64,000 nt of DNA from Sandaracinaceae bacterium (GCA_020633195.1 JACKEC010000025.1:1-64000); one strand, 5' to 3'. Positions 27,084-36,052 are shown, numbered from the stretch's first letter. Notes: generated by a model not told the origin, from the letters alone. A program made the numbers and translations.

Positions 27084-29324
27084 TCACTCCTCGCCGAGCG
27101 ACGGGTCGAGGCCCAGCTCGCGCGCCTTGTCGATGAGCTGCTGCAGCTTGTTCTTGTCCACGCCGCCGCGCTTCACGAGCTGCCCGAGCGCCGCGCTCAG
27201 GGTCAGGCTCTGGAGGTGCTCGGGCTGCACGCGCGGCCGCATCAGGATGTCCTTGAGGTCCTGCGGCAGGCTGCTGTCGCCCTTGAGGTACTCGGCGAGC
27301 ACCTTCTGCGCGGTGTCGGACTGCTCGACGAAGCCGTCCACGCTCTGGCCCACGCCGACCGCCTTCACGAAGCGCTCGAAGAACTCACCGTCGCCGCCGA
27401 CGATGTTCATCTTGGTGTTCTTGAACGCCTCGCCGAGCGTCACCGCCTTGGCCTCGGCGACGTGCTTGGTCGCCTCGATCCGAGCGAGCTCGACCTCCTT
27501 GTCCTTCTCGAGCCGGATGCGGAACTCCTCGTGGTCCTTCGCCGCGCCCTGGAGCTTCTGCATCGCCTCGGCCTTCTCCGAGAGGCCGGCCGCCTCCGCG
27601 AGGAGCTTCTCGCGCGTGGCCGTCGCCTCGGCGAGGCCCTGCTTCTCGATCGCCGCGGCCTTCTCGACCTCGACGAGCGCCTCGCTCAAGCCCTTCTCCT
27701 TGAGGCCGGCGGCCTCGGCGAGGAGCTTCTCCTTGTTGCCCACCGCCTCGGCGAGGAGCTTCTCGCGCGTGGCCGTCGCCTCGGCGAGGCCCTGCTTGGC
27801 GACCGCCTCCGCGTCCGCCTCGCGCACGCGCACGGTGGCCAGGCCCTTCTTCTCCGAGCCGCTGGCCTCCGCCGCGAGCTGCTCGACGGTGACGCGCGCC
27901 TTGACCATGCCCTCCTTCTCGATCGCGGCGGCCATGGCCTCCTTGACCTGGACGTCGGCGAGCCCGGCGGCGGCCTGCGTGGCCTTCGCGCCGTCCGCGC
28001 GGCGGATCTCCGCGCGAGCCTCCTTGTCGGCCGCCTCGAGGTCCGCGTCCGCCTCGACGAGCTTCACGCGCGCCTGGTACTTCGCGACCTCCTCGGCCGC
28101 CTCGGCGCCCTTGATGTCCTTGACGAGCTTCTCCTGCGCGGCCGCCTCGGCGCCGATGAGGAGGGTGTCCTTGTCGCGGCCCGCGCCCGCGAGCGCGCGC
28201 AGGGTCTTGATGCCCTCTTCCTCCTCGGCGACCTTCTTCTCGACCGCGATGCGGCTCGAGATGAGGTCGGCGATCTCCTTCTTCTCGGCCTCGAGCGCCT
28301 TGTCCTTGGCGATGCGAGCGAGGTCGACCTCGCGCTCCCGCGCGACGACCTCCATGCCGCGGTCCTTCTCGACGCGCTCGGCCTCGATGGTGACGGTGCG
28401 CTGCTTGTTCCACTGCGCGACCGCGATCTGACGCTGCTTGTTCTCCTCGGCGACCGCGAGCTCCTCGTCGGTCTGCAGCTTCGCCATCTCGGCGCGCTTG
28501 CGCTCCTCGGCGCGGATCTTCTCCGTCTCGGCGGCCTCCTTGGCCTCCATCACGGCGATCTCGCGGTTCTTCCGGACCTCGGCCTCGGCGCGCTGCTTCT
28601 CGAGCTCGAACACGGCCTGGTCGGACTCGACGTTCTGCTTGGTGACCTCCATCCGCTCGGTCTGGCGGTACTTGTTGGTCAGCACGTGCTGCTGGCTCGT
28701 CAGCATCGTGATCTTGTGGATGCCCTGGGCGTCGAGGACGTCCGTGTCCGACAGGTGCTCGATGGGGGTCTGCTCGAGGTAGTCGATCGCGGCGTCGTCG
28801 AGGACGAACCCGTTCAGGTCGTCGCCGATGACGGAGAGGATGTCGTCGCGGAACTTCGCCCGCTCCTTGTAGAGGTCCTCGAACTCCATGCGCTTGCCGA
28901 CGGTCTTGAGCGCCTCGGAGAACTTCGCCGTGAACAGCGCCTCGACCTCCTCGTCGGAGCTCGCGCGCTTCACGCCGACGTTCTGCGCGACCTGCAAGAC
29001 GTCTTCCTGCGTCTTGTTCACGCGCACGAAGAAGGTGACCTTGATGTCCGCCCGGATGTTGTCCTTGCAGATCAGGCCCTCCGTGGCGCGACGGTCGATC
29101 ACGATCGTCTTGACGGAGATGTCCATCTCCTCGGCGCGGTAGATGATCGGCAGGACCAGGCCGCCCGAGAACGTCACGGTCGGGTTGTTGGTCAGCTTGC
29201 TGATCACCAGCGCCTTGCCCTGGTCCACCTTCCTGTAGAACCGCGCGAACATCGCGAGCAGGCCGAAGAGAATGACGACGACCGCGCCAGCGATGGCGAG
29301 GGCCATGATGAGATCCGGATTCAT
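27084..29324 (-). CDS. Flotillin / band-7 (SPFH) family protein with a long E/A/K coiled-coil
   Basis: N-terminal TM (LIMALAIAGAVVVILFGLLAMF), an SPFH domain, about 350 aa of EA-rich repeats (EKQGLAEATATREKLLAEAAGL x2), and a flotillin C-terminus. Confidence 0.85.
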   Translation of the reverse strand: MNPDLIMALAIAGAVVVILFGLLAMFARFYRKVDQGKALVISKLTNNPTVTFSGGLVLPIIYRAEEMDISVKTIVIDRRATEGLICKDNIRADIKVTFFVRVNKTQEDVLQVAQNVGVKRASSDEEVEALFTAKFSEALKTVGKRMEFEDLYKERAKFRDDILSVIGDDLNGFVLDDAAIDYLEQTPIEHLSDTDVLDAQGIHKITMLTSQQHVLTNKYRQTERMEVTKQNVESDQAVFELEKQRAEAEVRKNREIAVMEAKEAAETEKIRAEERKRAEMAKLQTDEELAVAEENKQRQIAVAQWNKQRTVTIEAERVEKDRGMEVVAREREVDLARIAKDKALEAEKKEIADLISSRIAVEKKVAEEEEGIKTLRALAGAGRDKDTLLIGAEAAAQEKLVKDIKGAEAAEEVAKYQARVKLVEADADLEAADKEARAEIRRADGAKATQAAAGLADVQVKEAMAAAIEKEGMVKARVTVEQLAAEASGSEKKGLATVRVREADAEAVAKQGLAEATATREKLLAEAVGNKEKLLAEAAGLKEKGLSEALVEVEKAAAIEKQGLAEATATREKLLAEAAGLSEKAEAMQKLQGAAKDHEEFRIRLEKDKEVELARIEATKHVAEAKAVTLGEAFKNTKMNIVGGDGEFFERFVKAVGVGQSVDGFVEQSDTAQKVLAEYLKGDSSLPQDLKDILMRPRVQPEHLQSLTLSAALGQLVKRGGVDKNKLQQLIDKARELGLDPSLGEE

Positions 29325-29521
29325 GTGCTCCCTTGTTCCCCCTGCGCCGCGGCTTCGGACGGGCGAACCCCCCCGCGTTGGCGCGCGGCCTGATCTACAC
29401 GAAACGTCGGAGCCCTGTCAGCAGCGGATGGAGGTTCGGCAGATGGCATCGACGGTTCGGGATCGACAACGCGCGTAGATCGGGCTTGTTCCGGGAACCG
29501 GTCGGGTATCCTCGCGGGTTC

Positions 29522-31255
29522 ATGACGACCCGGCCCCTGACCCCGAGTCGCCTCGCGGCGCCCGTGGCGTCCGCGATCCTCGAGGCGTTCTCGCAGCACC
29601 GCGAGGGGTTCCTCGCGACGACGCGCCGCGCCCACGAGAGCTTTGCGAAGAAGGACTGGGCCCGCCTCAAGAGCGACCAGGTCGCGCGCCTGCGCCTGTA
29701 TCGGTCGGCGGTCGACACCGCCGAGATGCGGATCCGCGTCCTCCTCGGCGAGCGATGCCGCGACCGGCTCGTCTGGGTCAGCGCGAAGGCCGTGTACTCG
29801 GCCCTGATCGGGATGCGCGAGGACTGGGACGTCGCCGAGACGTTCTTCAACGGGGTGACCCGGCGCATTTTCGACACCGTCGGCGTGGACCCGCTGATCG
29901 AGTTCGTGGCGAGCGACTTCGACGGCCCGCCGGTCGAGGTGGCGGCCGACTCGTACAAGCGCTTCGCGGGCGGCTCGCCGCGTCAGCTCGTGCTGCGCTG
30001 CCTCGAGGGCTTCGACCTCGGCGTGCGCTGGGCGCGCCCGATCGAGGACACGCGGCTGATCGCCAAGCGGCTGAAGGACCGCACCGCGGCGATGGCCCGG
30101 GGCGTCCTCGTCGCGCTCGAGGTGCTCGAGCAGCCGTTCTATCGCGGCACCGGCGCCTACCTCGTCGGCCGCGCGGTCCTCCCCGGCGGCGCCGTGTTCC
30201 CGGTGATCTTCGCGATCCGGCACTGCCCCGGCGGCATCTACGTCGACGCCCTGCTCGACACCGAGGACGACGCCTCGATGTTGTTCGGCTTCACCCGGAG
30301 CTACTTCCAGGTCGAGACGCCGTGCCCCTACGAGGTGATGCGCTTCCTGCGCTCGCTGATCCCCAAGAAGCGCATCGCCGAGATCTACATCGCGATCGGG
30401 GAGCCCAAGCAGGGCAAGACGGAGCTCTACCGCGCGGTGATGGACCACATCGGCGAGACGGCGGACACGTTCGGCTACGCGCCCGGCGTCCCCGGCCTCG
30501 TGATGGTCGTGTTCACGATGCCCGGCCTCGACGTCGTGCTGAAGGTCATCCGGGACAAGTTCCCGCCCGAGAAGCAGACCACGCCCGAGCTCGTCCGGGA
30601 TCGCTACCGGTGGGTCTACGACCACGACCGCGCGGGCCGCCTCGTCGACGCGCAGGAGTTCGAGCACCTCGCGTTCCCGCGGGACCGCTTCGAGCCGGCG
30701 CTGCTCGAGGAGCTGCTCGGCGACTGCGGCGAGACGGTGCGCGTCGACGGCGACCGGGTGATCGTCGACCTCGCGTACGTCACCCGCCAGGTCACCCCGC
30801 TCAACATCTACGTCCGCACCGAGCCGCAGCCGAAGGCCGAGGCCGCGCTCGCGGAGTGGGGCGAGGCGATCCGCGACCTGGCGCGCGAGAACATCTTCCC
30901 GGGCGACCTGCTCCTGAAGAACTTCGGGGTCACCCGCCACGGGCGGGTCGCGCTCTACGACTACGACGAGCTCGCGCCGATGACGGAGGTCGCCTTCCGC
31001 GACCTGCCCGAGACCGACGACGACGAGGACGAGATGCGCGCGGAGCCCTGGTACTCGGTGGGGCCGTACGACGTCTTCCCGCAGGAGTTCCCGCGCTTCC
31101 TCGGGCTCCCCGGCCGGCTCCGGCCCTCGGTGCTCGAGTCCTGCGCCGACATCTTCGACGCGGGCTGGTGGCGCGAGGTCCAGGCCGGCATCGTGGCCGG
31201 CGACATCGCCGAGCAGCCGCCGTACGACGCCGCCCGCAAGCTCCGTCGAGCGTGA
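29522..31255 (+). CDS. aceK: Isocitrate dehydrogenase kinase/phosphatase
   Basis: FGFTRSYFQVETP, ENIFPGDLLLKNFGVTRHGRVALYDYDE and EPWYSVGPYDVFPQEF closely match E. coli AceK. Start trimmed to ATG at 29522. Confidence 0.88.
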   Translation: MTTRPLTPSRLAAPVASAILEAFSQHREGFLATTRRAHESFAKKDWARLKSDQVARLRLYRSAVDTAEMRIRVLLGERCRDRLVWVSAKAVYSALIGMREDWDVAETFFNGVTRRIFDTVGVDPLIEFVASDFDGPPVEVAADSYKRFAGGSPRQLVLRCLEGFDLGVRWARPIEDTRLIAKRLKDRTAAMARGVLVALEVLEQPFYRGTGAYLVGRAVLPGGAVFPVIFAIRHCPGGIYVDALLDTEDDASMLFGFTRSYFQVETPCPYEVMRFLRSLIPKKRIAEIYIAIGEPKQGKTELYRAVMDHIGETADTFGYAPGVPGLVMVVFTMPGLDVVLKVIRDKFPPEKQTTPELVRDRYRWVYDHDRAGRLVDAQEFEHLAFPRDRFEPALLEELLGDCGETVRVDGDRVIVDLAYVTRQVTPLNIYVRTEPQPKAEAALAEWGEAIRDLARENIFPGDLLLKNFGVTRHGRVALYDYDELAPMTEVAFRDLPETDDDEDEMRAEPWYSVGPYDVFPQEFPRFLGLPGRLRPSVLESCADIFDAGWWREVQAGIVAGDIAEQPPYDAARKLRRA

Positions 31256-31326
31256 GCGCGAAGCGCCCGACCTCCCGACCTTCTCAAAGGCTCCTCAGGG
31301 TCCCACGAAATCGATAGATTGGAAAT

Positions 31327-31340
31327 CCCCGATTTCGGGG
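31327..31340 (+). terminator. Small hairpin CCCCGA-TT-TCGGGG between aceK and the yegD-like gene
   Basis: Flanked by relatively A/T-rich GAAAT / ACGAAATC sequence. It could be an aceK terminator or a yegD regulatory site. Confidence 0.2.
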
Positions 31341-31354
31341 ACGAAATCTGGTCG

Positions 31355-32683
31355 ATGAAGACCCCTCTCGATGCACCGCCGACGGTCTACGCGATCGACT
31401 TCGGCACCACGAACTCCCTGTGCGCGGCCGCCAACGCGGACCGCGTCTTCGACCCCGTCCCGCTCGACCCGCGGGCCAAGGACCCGACCATCCTGCGCAG
31501 CGTCTTCTTCTTCCCGGACGCGAAGACCGTGTTCTACGGCGCCGAGGCGCTCGCCGAGTACGCCGCGCACGGGATGCAAGGCCGCTTGATCCGCTCGGTG
31601 AAGAAGCACCTCCCGTCGCGCGCGTTCGTCGGCACGCAGATCGACGAGCGTCCGATGAACCTCGAGGACCTCATCGGCGCGTTCCTCGGCGCGATCCGGC
31701 GCCGCGCCAACGAGCACTTCGGCGCGGACGTGCGCTCGGTCGTGCTCGGCCGCCCCGCGCTCTTCAGCGAGGTCGAGGACGACGACCGCTTCGGCGAGTA
31801 CCGCCTCGAGCGCGCGGCGCGCATCGCCGGCTTCGAGCAGGTCCGGTTCTGCCCCGAGCCGATCGCCGCCGCCGCGGACTTCCGCGAGCGGCTGACCGAG
31901 CGGCGCCTCGTGCTCGTCGGCGACTTCGGCGGCGGCACGAGCGACTACACCCTGATGCACCTCGGCCCGGCCCCGTTCGATCCCTCCGACGTGCTCGCGG
32001 TGGGCGGGGTGTCGGTGGCCGGTGACCGCATCGACGGCGCGCTCATGCGCGATCACGTCGCCGCCTGCTTCGGCGCCGAGGTCACCTACCGCGTCCCGAT
32101 GGGGCGCAACCTGCTGACCATGCCCACCATGCTCCGCGCGCGGCTGTGCTCGCCCGCGGACCTCTCGATCCTGCAGAGCCGCGAGGTGATGTCGTTCCTC
32201 AAGGACGTCGAGCGCTGGTCGCTCGGCCCCGACGACGCCAAGCGCATGGAGCAGCTCTTCATCCTCATCGAGGACGCGCAGGGCTTCTCGCTCTTCGAGG
32301 CGATCGAGCAGACCAAGCGGCGCCTGAGCCGCCACGAGGCCGCGCGCATCCGCTTCACCTACCCGGGCATCGAGGTCGATGAAGCCGTGACGCGTCACGA
32401 GCTCGAGCACAGCTCCGCGAACGAGACCGCCGCGATCCTCGGCGCGCTCGACGCGACGCTCGAGCGCGCCGGCGCGACGCCCGAGGACGTCGAGATCCTC
32501 TGCCTCACCGGGGGCACCGCCCGCGTCCCGCACATCGCCCGGGCGCTCACCGAGCGCTTCGGCGAGGACAAGCTCACCCGGACCCGCGCCTTCCACTCCG
32601 TCATCGGCGGCCTCGCGCGACGCGCCCAGGCGTTCGCGCGCGAGCAGGGCCCGGATGTGCAAAACTCCGCGCCATGTCGTTGA
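31355..32683 (+). CDS. Hsp70-family actin-like ATPase, YegD-like
   Basis: IDFGTTNS phosphate-1 and GDFGGGTSD phosphate-2 motifs; about 440 aa. First ATG at 31355; the ORF track used TTG at 31319. Confidence 0.78.
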   Translation: MKTPLDAPPTVYAIDFGTTNSLCAAANADRVFDPVPLDPRAKDPTILRSVFFFPDAKTVFYGAEALAEYAAHGMQGRLIRSVKKHLPSRAFVGTQIDERPMNLEDLIGAFLGAIRRRANEHFGADVRSVVLGRPALFSEVEDDDRFGEYRLERAARIAGFEQVRFCPEPIAAAADFRERLTERRLVLVGDFGGGTSDYTLMHLGPAPFDPSDVLAVGGVSVAGDRIDGALMRDHVAACFGAEVTYRVPMGRNLLTMPTMLRARLCSPADLSILQSREVMSFLKDVERWSLGPDDAKRMEQLFILIEDAQGFSLFEAIEQTKRRLSRHEAARIRFTYPGIEVDEAVTRHELEHSSANETAAILGALDATLERAGATPEDVEILCLTGGTARVPHIARALTERFGEDKLTRTRAFHSVIGGLARRAQAFAREQGPDVQNSAPCR

Positions 32684-33117
32684 ACGAGACCCTGATGGCC
32701 GACCTCAAGGCCGCGATGATGGCCAAGGACGAGATCGGCAAGCGCACCCTGCGCATGCTCAAGTCCGACCTCGGCAAGAAGGAGGTCGAGCTCGGCCGCG
32801 ACCTCACCGAGGAAGAAGAGCTGACCCTGCTCACCGGCGCGGTGAAGTCCCGGAAAGACAGCCTCGCCGAGTACGAGAAGGCAGGCCGCGAAGACCTCGC
32901 GGAGGGTGAGCGCGAAGAGCTCGCCGTGCTCGCGCGCTACCTCCCCGAGCCCCTCGACGACGCCGCCGCCCGCGCGGCCATCGCCGCGCTCGCCGAGGAG
33001 CTCGGCGTGACCGAGAAGAAGCAGATGGGCGCGCTGATGAAGGAGGTCATGGTCCGCTTCCGCGGCCAGATCGACGGCAAGCTCGCGAGCAAGATCGCCG
33101 GCTCGCTGCTGAGCTGA
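32674..33117 (+). CDS. GatB/YqeY domain protein
   Basis: MSLNETLMADLKAAMMAKDEIGKRTLRMLKSDL...; 147 aa. Confidence 0.85.
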   Translation: MSLNETLMADLKAAMMAKDEIGKRTLRMLKSDLGKKEVELGRDLTEEEELTLLTGAVKSRKDSLAEYEKAGREDLAEGEREELAVLARYLPEPLDDAAARAAIAALAEELGVTEKKQMGALMKEVMVRFRGQIDGKLASKIAGSLLS

Positions 33118-33146
33118 GTCCGACGACGCGAAGCGTCGGAGGATCT
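33113..33146. repeat. 34-nt hairpin repeat, copy 1 (GCTGAGTCCGACGACGCGAAGCGTCGGAGGATCT)
   Basis: Identical 34-mer at 35221..35254. The core folds as CGACGC-GAA-GCGTCG. It sits between the convergent stops of yqeY and the rSAM gene and probably acts as a bidirectional terminator. Confidence 0.55.
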
Positions 33147-33151
33147 GAGCC

Positions 33152-35167
33152 TCACCGGGCGCCGCGCGTCAGCACCGTCAGCTCGTGTCGGACCCGGCCC
33201 ACCGCGTGGGCGAGCGGGCGCTCGGGCTCGAGGCCCAAGGCGAGGCGTACGTCGAGGTGTGCGGCGGCGCGGGCGAGGGCCGCGATGGGGTCGTGCGGGG
33301 CGCCGGTGACGAGGCGCGCGCTCGTCGTGCGGTACTCGGCGTCGAGGGTGAAGGGCCACTTCGAGCCGCCGGTGGCGAGCAGCGCGGCGTCGACCTCCTC
33401 CGGCGGCAGCGGGCCCTCGCGGTAGTCGCGGCGATAGAGGGACGCCCGCACTCGAACGGGGCCGCGAGGGAGCCAGCTGCTCATGCCGCCCGCCTCTTGC
33501 ACCCGGACGGCCAGCCGCTTGCGGAAGCGCGTCACGTCGAGGAGCACGGTGCTGCCCGCGAGGCTGAAGGTGCCGTCCAGGTGGTCGGCGAACGCGCGCG
33601 CGCGCTCCTCGGACCAGAACCACGCTTGGAAGTAGGCCGGGTCGAGGTCGCCGAGGGGCGACTTGAGCGCGTCGACGAGGCGCTGTGCGTCGCGCGTCGC
33701 GACCAGCTCGGCGGCCACGGGGACGCGGGCCGCCTGGCCGATCGTCCGAGCCGTCGCGAGGTCGCGGTCCCACGCCGGGTCTCCGAAGGTCGCGAGGAGG
33801 GCGCCGCCATGCCGTTGGACGTCCGTCGCGTCCGCGGCGCGGAGGGAGGCCTCGACCTCGGCCGTCGCCGCGCCCACGCCGACCAGCAGGGTGGCGGGCT
33901 CGTGGACGTGGACGGCGGTGTAGAGCACCTCCGCGCCGCGTCGCTCCACCATCGCGCGAAGGCCGGCGAGGGCGTCCCCCGCGTCGACGCCCGTGGCCAG
34001 CAGCGTGCGCCCGACCGGCTCGACGCGCGGGGCGTAGTGGACGAGGTCGAGGTCGCAGCCCTCTCCTTCGAGCACGCGCCGCCACTCCTCGCGGGTCTGG
34101 TCGGACTCGAGCCCCGCGATCCGCTCGGCGAGCTCGCGCGGCTCGTCGACCGACGCGAAGCGGGCGACGAGCACCGTGTCGCCGCTGTTGTTCGACGCGA
34201 AGCCCCGGTAGACGCGGACGCCCGGCGAGAAAACGCTCCACGCGGGCAGCGGTCGGGCGCACCCGTCGCGCCCGGCCGCGGCCATCGACGCGGCCCGGTA
34301 CTGCGCGAGGAGATCCTGCGCGTCGCGGAACGGCCGGCGCTCCTCGTGGAACGAGCACGCGCGGAAGGTGCGATCGGGATCGATGACGAGGAAGTCGTGG
34401 CCGGCGCCGCAGTCCGCGCCGGCGGCGAAGAGGCGGGGCAGCCTCGGCAGCCGGTCCGCGAAGCAACGCGACAGACGCACCGGCAGCGGCGCCGCGCGGA
34501 CGGCGTGCTCCAGCCGCGCCCAGTCCGCCTCCGCGAGGTGCGAGGACGGATCGGGCCCGACGTAGCGGAGCAGCGCCACGTCCGCGCAGCCGAGCGCCGC
34601 GAGGTCGGAGAGCGTGCCGGGGAGCGCGTCGAGGGAGGCTGGCGTGACGAGCAGGTTGGCGGCCGTCCGCGCGCCCGCCGCGGTCAGCGTCTCGATCGGC
34701 CGGACCCAGTCCTCGCCGTCGTAGATGGACACGCGCACCTCGCCGACGAGCGACGCGAGGGCTCGCGCGGTGGGCGCGTCGACGAGGGCGCCGTTGGTCG
34801 TGAAGTGCAGCGCGAGGCGCGTCTCGTCGTGCAGGCGCCGCAGGAGATCGAGGAACCCGGCGTAGGCGAGGGGCTCGCCGCCGCCGAACGCGACCTCGAG
34901 CACGCCCGCGTCGGCGAGCGCGCGGAGCAGCGCGACCGCCTCGTCCGCGGACCAGCGGTCCGGGAGCGTCGCGTCCCGCGAGCAGAACCCGCAACGCAAG
35001 TTGCACGCGTGCGAGAGCCCGAAGAAGACCGCGCGCGGGGCGCTCCGCCGCAGGCCGCGCGTCTCGGGCGCGTCGACGCGGATCGAGTCACCCGTCGCGG
35101 GCCGGAAGAGCAGGAGGGCCCCGTCGAGGGCGTGCACCCGGAGCTGGGCGCGCGGGTCGGATCGCAT
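33152..35167 (-). CDS. Radical SAM / SPASM-like enzyme fused to a C-terminal domain of unknown function (about 340 aa)
   Basis: CNLRCGFC cluster at residues 55-62; Cys-rich auxiliary region (CFADRLPRLP...AGADCGAGHDFLVIDPDRTFRACSF); the remaining 340 aa match nothing I recognise. Confidence 0.72.
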   Translation of the reverse strand: MRSDPRAQLRVHALDGALLLFRPATGDSIRVDAPETRGLRRSAPRAVFFGLSHACNLRCGFCSRDATLPDRWSADEAVALLRALADAGVLEVAFGGGEPLAYAGFLDLLRRLHDETRLALHFTTNGALVDAPTARALASLVGEVRVSIYDGEDWVRPIETLTAAGARTAANLLVTPASLDALPGTLSDLAALGCADVALLRYVGPDPSSHLAEADWARLEHAVRAAPLPVRLSRCFADRLPRLPRLFAAGADCGAGHDFLVIDPDRTFRACSFHEERRPFRDAQDLLAQYRAASMAAAGRDGCARPLPAWSVFSPGVRVYRGFASNNSGDTVLVARFASVDEPRELAERIAGLESDQTREEWRRVLEGEGCDLDLVHYAPRVEPVGRTLLATGVDAGDALAGLRAMVERRGAEVLYTAVHVHEPATLLVGVGAATAEVEASLRAADATDVQRHGGALLATFGDPAWDRDLATARTIGQAARVPVAAELVATRDAQRLVDALKSPLGDLDPAYFQAWFWSEERARAFADHLDGTFSLAGSTVLLDVTRFRKRLAVRVQEAGGMSSWLPRGPVRVRASLYRRDYREGPLPPEEVDAALLATGGSKWPFTLDAEYRTTSARLVTGAPHDPIAALARAAAHLDVRLALGLEPERPLAHAVGRVRHELTVLTRGAR

Positions 35168-35220
35168 CGACCGAGGGTAGGGCGCGCGCCTCGCCGGGAG
35201 AACCCGCGATCGAGCCAGCC

Positions 35221-35319
35221 GGCTGAGTCCGACGACGCGAAGCGTCGGAGGATCTCAGTGGGGAGCGCGAGGGGCTTGCCCCTCGCCGGAGAGAAATCGC
35301 CGGAGGCGATTTATCGACA
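35221..35319. repeat. Composite repeat: 34-nt hairpin repeat (35221..35254) joined to inverted 70-nt repeat copy B (35250..35319)
   Basis: Exact 34-mer shared with 33113..33146. The 70-mer is the reverse complement of 20695..20764 with 1 mismatch. It lies upstream of the rSAM gene and the SUFU-like gene. Confidence 0.6.
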
Positions 35320-35341
35320 GACCTCGAGCTACGCTCCCGCC

Positions 35342-36052
35342 ATGACGGACGAGCGGAGCCCGGGCGGCAGCGCCATCTACCGGCACCAGCAGGCCGCGCC
35401 CCACACCGGCGGCGTCGCGCACGCCAACGATCAGCGCATCACCGAGCACCTTCGCGGCGCCCACGGCGGCGAGAGCATGGTGTTCCACGAGCTCGTCAGC
35501 GACCGCGTCCACCTCGACGTCCACGTGATCTACCCGACGGCCGAGCAGCCTTACTACCTGCTCTGCACCTCGGGCGTCTCGGCGCGGCCGATGAACGTGC
35601 CCGCGTCCGTGGAGGGCGCCGACTCGTGGCGGTACGCGGAGCTCTGCATGCTGTTGCCGCCGAATTGGACCCCCACCCAGGAGGCGTTCCGCGACGAGCG
35701 CGTCTACTGGCCGGTGCGCCTGTTGAAGACGCTCGGTCGGATCCCCCACGAGTTCGACAGCTGGCTCGGCTGGGGTCACTCGATCCCGAACGGCGATCCG
35801 CCCGCGCCGTACGCGCCCGACACGCAGCTGTGCGGCGCCGTGCTCATCCCGCCGTTCCTGATCGGCGACTCCCTGTTCGTCGCGCAGGGCGAGCCGCCCC
35901 TCCACGTGTTCCAGGTCCTGCCGATCACCGCCGCGGAGATGAGCTTCAAGCTCCAGGTCGGCCTCGACGGGCTCCTCGACCGGCTCGAGTCGGCGATCTC
36001 CGACAAGGTCCTCTACGGCCCGGTCGATCCGCTGCGGCCCAGCGTTGTCTGA
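35342..36052 (+). CDS. Hypothetical protein, possibly SUFU-like domain
   Basis: Only the C-terminal 236 aa of ORF 33185..36052 are non-biased (MTDERSPGG...YLLCTSGVSARPMNVPA...YAELCMLLPPNW). The SUFU assignment rests on motif memory only. Confidence 0.4.
   Translation: MTDERSPGGSAIYRHQQAAPHTGGVAHANDQRITEHLRGAHGGESMVFHELVSDRVHLDVHVIYPTAEQPYYLLCTSGVSARPMNVPASVEGADSWRYAELCMLLPPNWTPTQEAFRDERVYWPVRLLKTLGRIPHEFDSWLGWGHSIPNGDPPAPYAPDTQLCGAVLIPPFLIGDSLFVAQGEPPLHVFQVLPITAAEMSFKLQVGLDGLLDRLESAISDKVLYGPVDPLRPSVV

Noticed and set aside
27084-29324. Flotillin EA-rich repeat region as a separate gene or phage tail-fibre-like coiled coil
   Set aside because: It is continuous in frame between the SPFH domain and the flotillin C-terminus, the typical flotillin coiled-coil region, just unusually long.
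33185-36052. 955-aa plus-strand ORF
   Set aside because: Only the last 236 aa (from ATG 35342) have protein-like composition. The rest is antisense to the rSAM gene.
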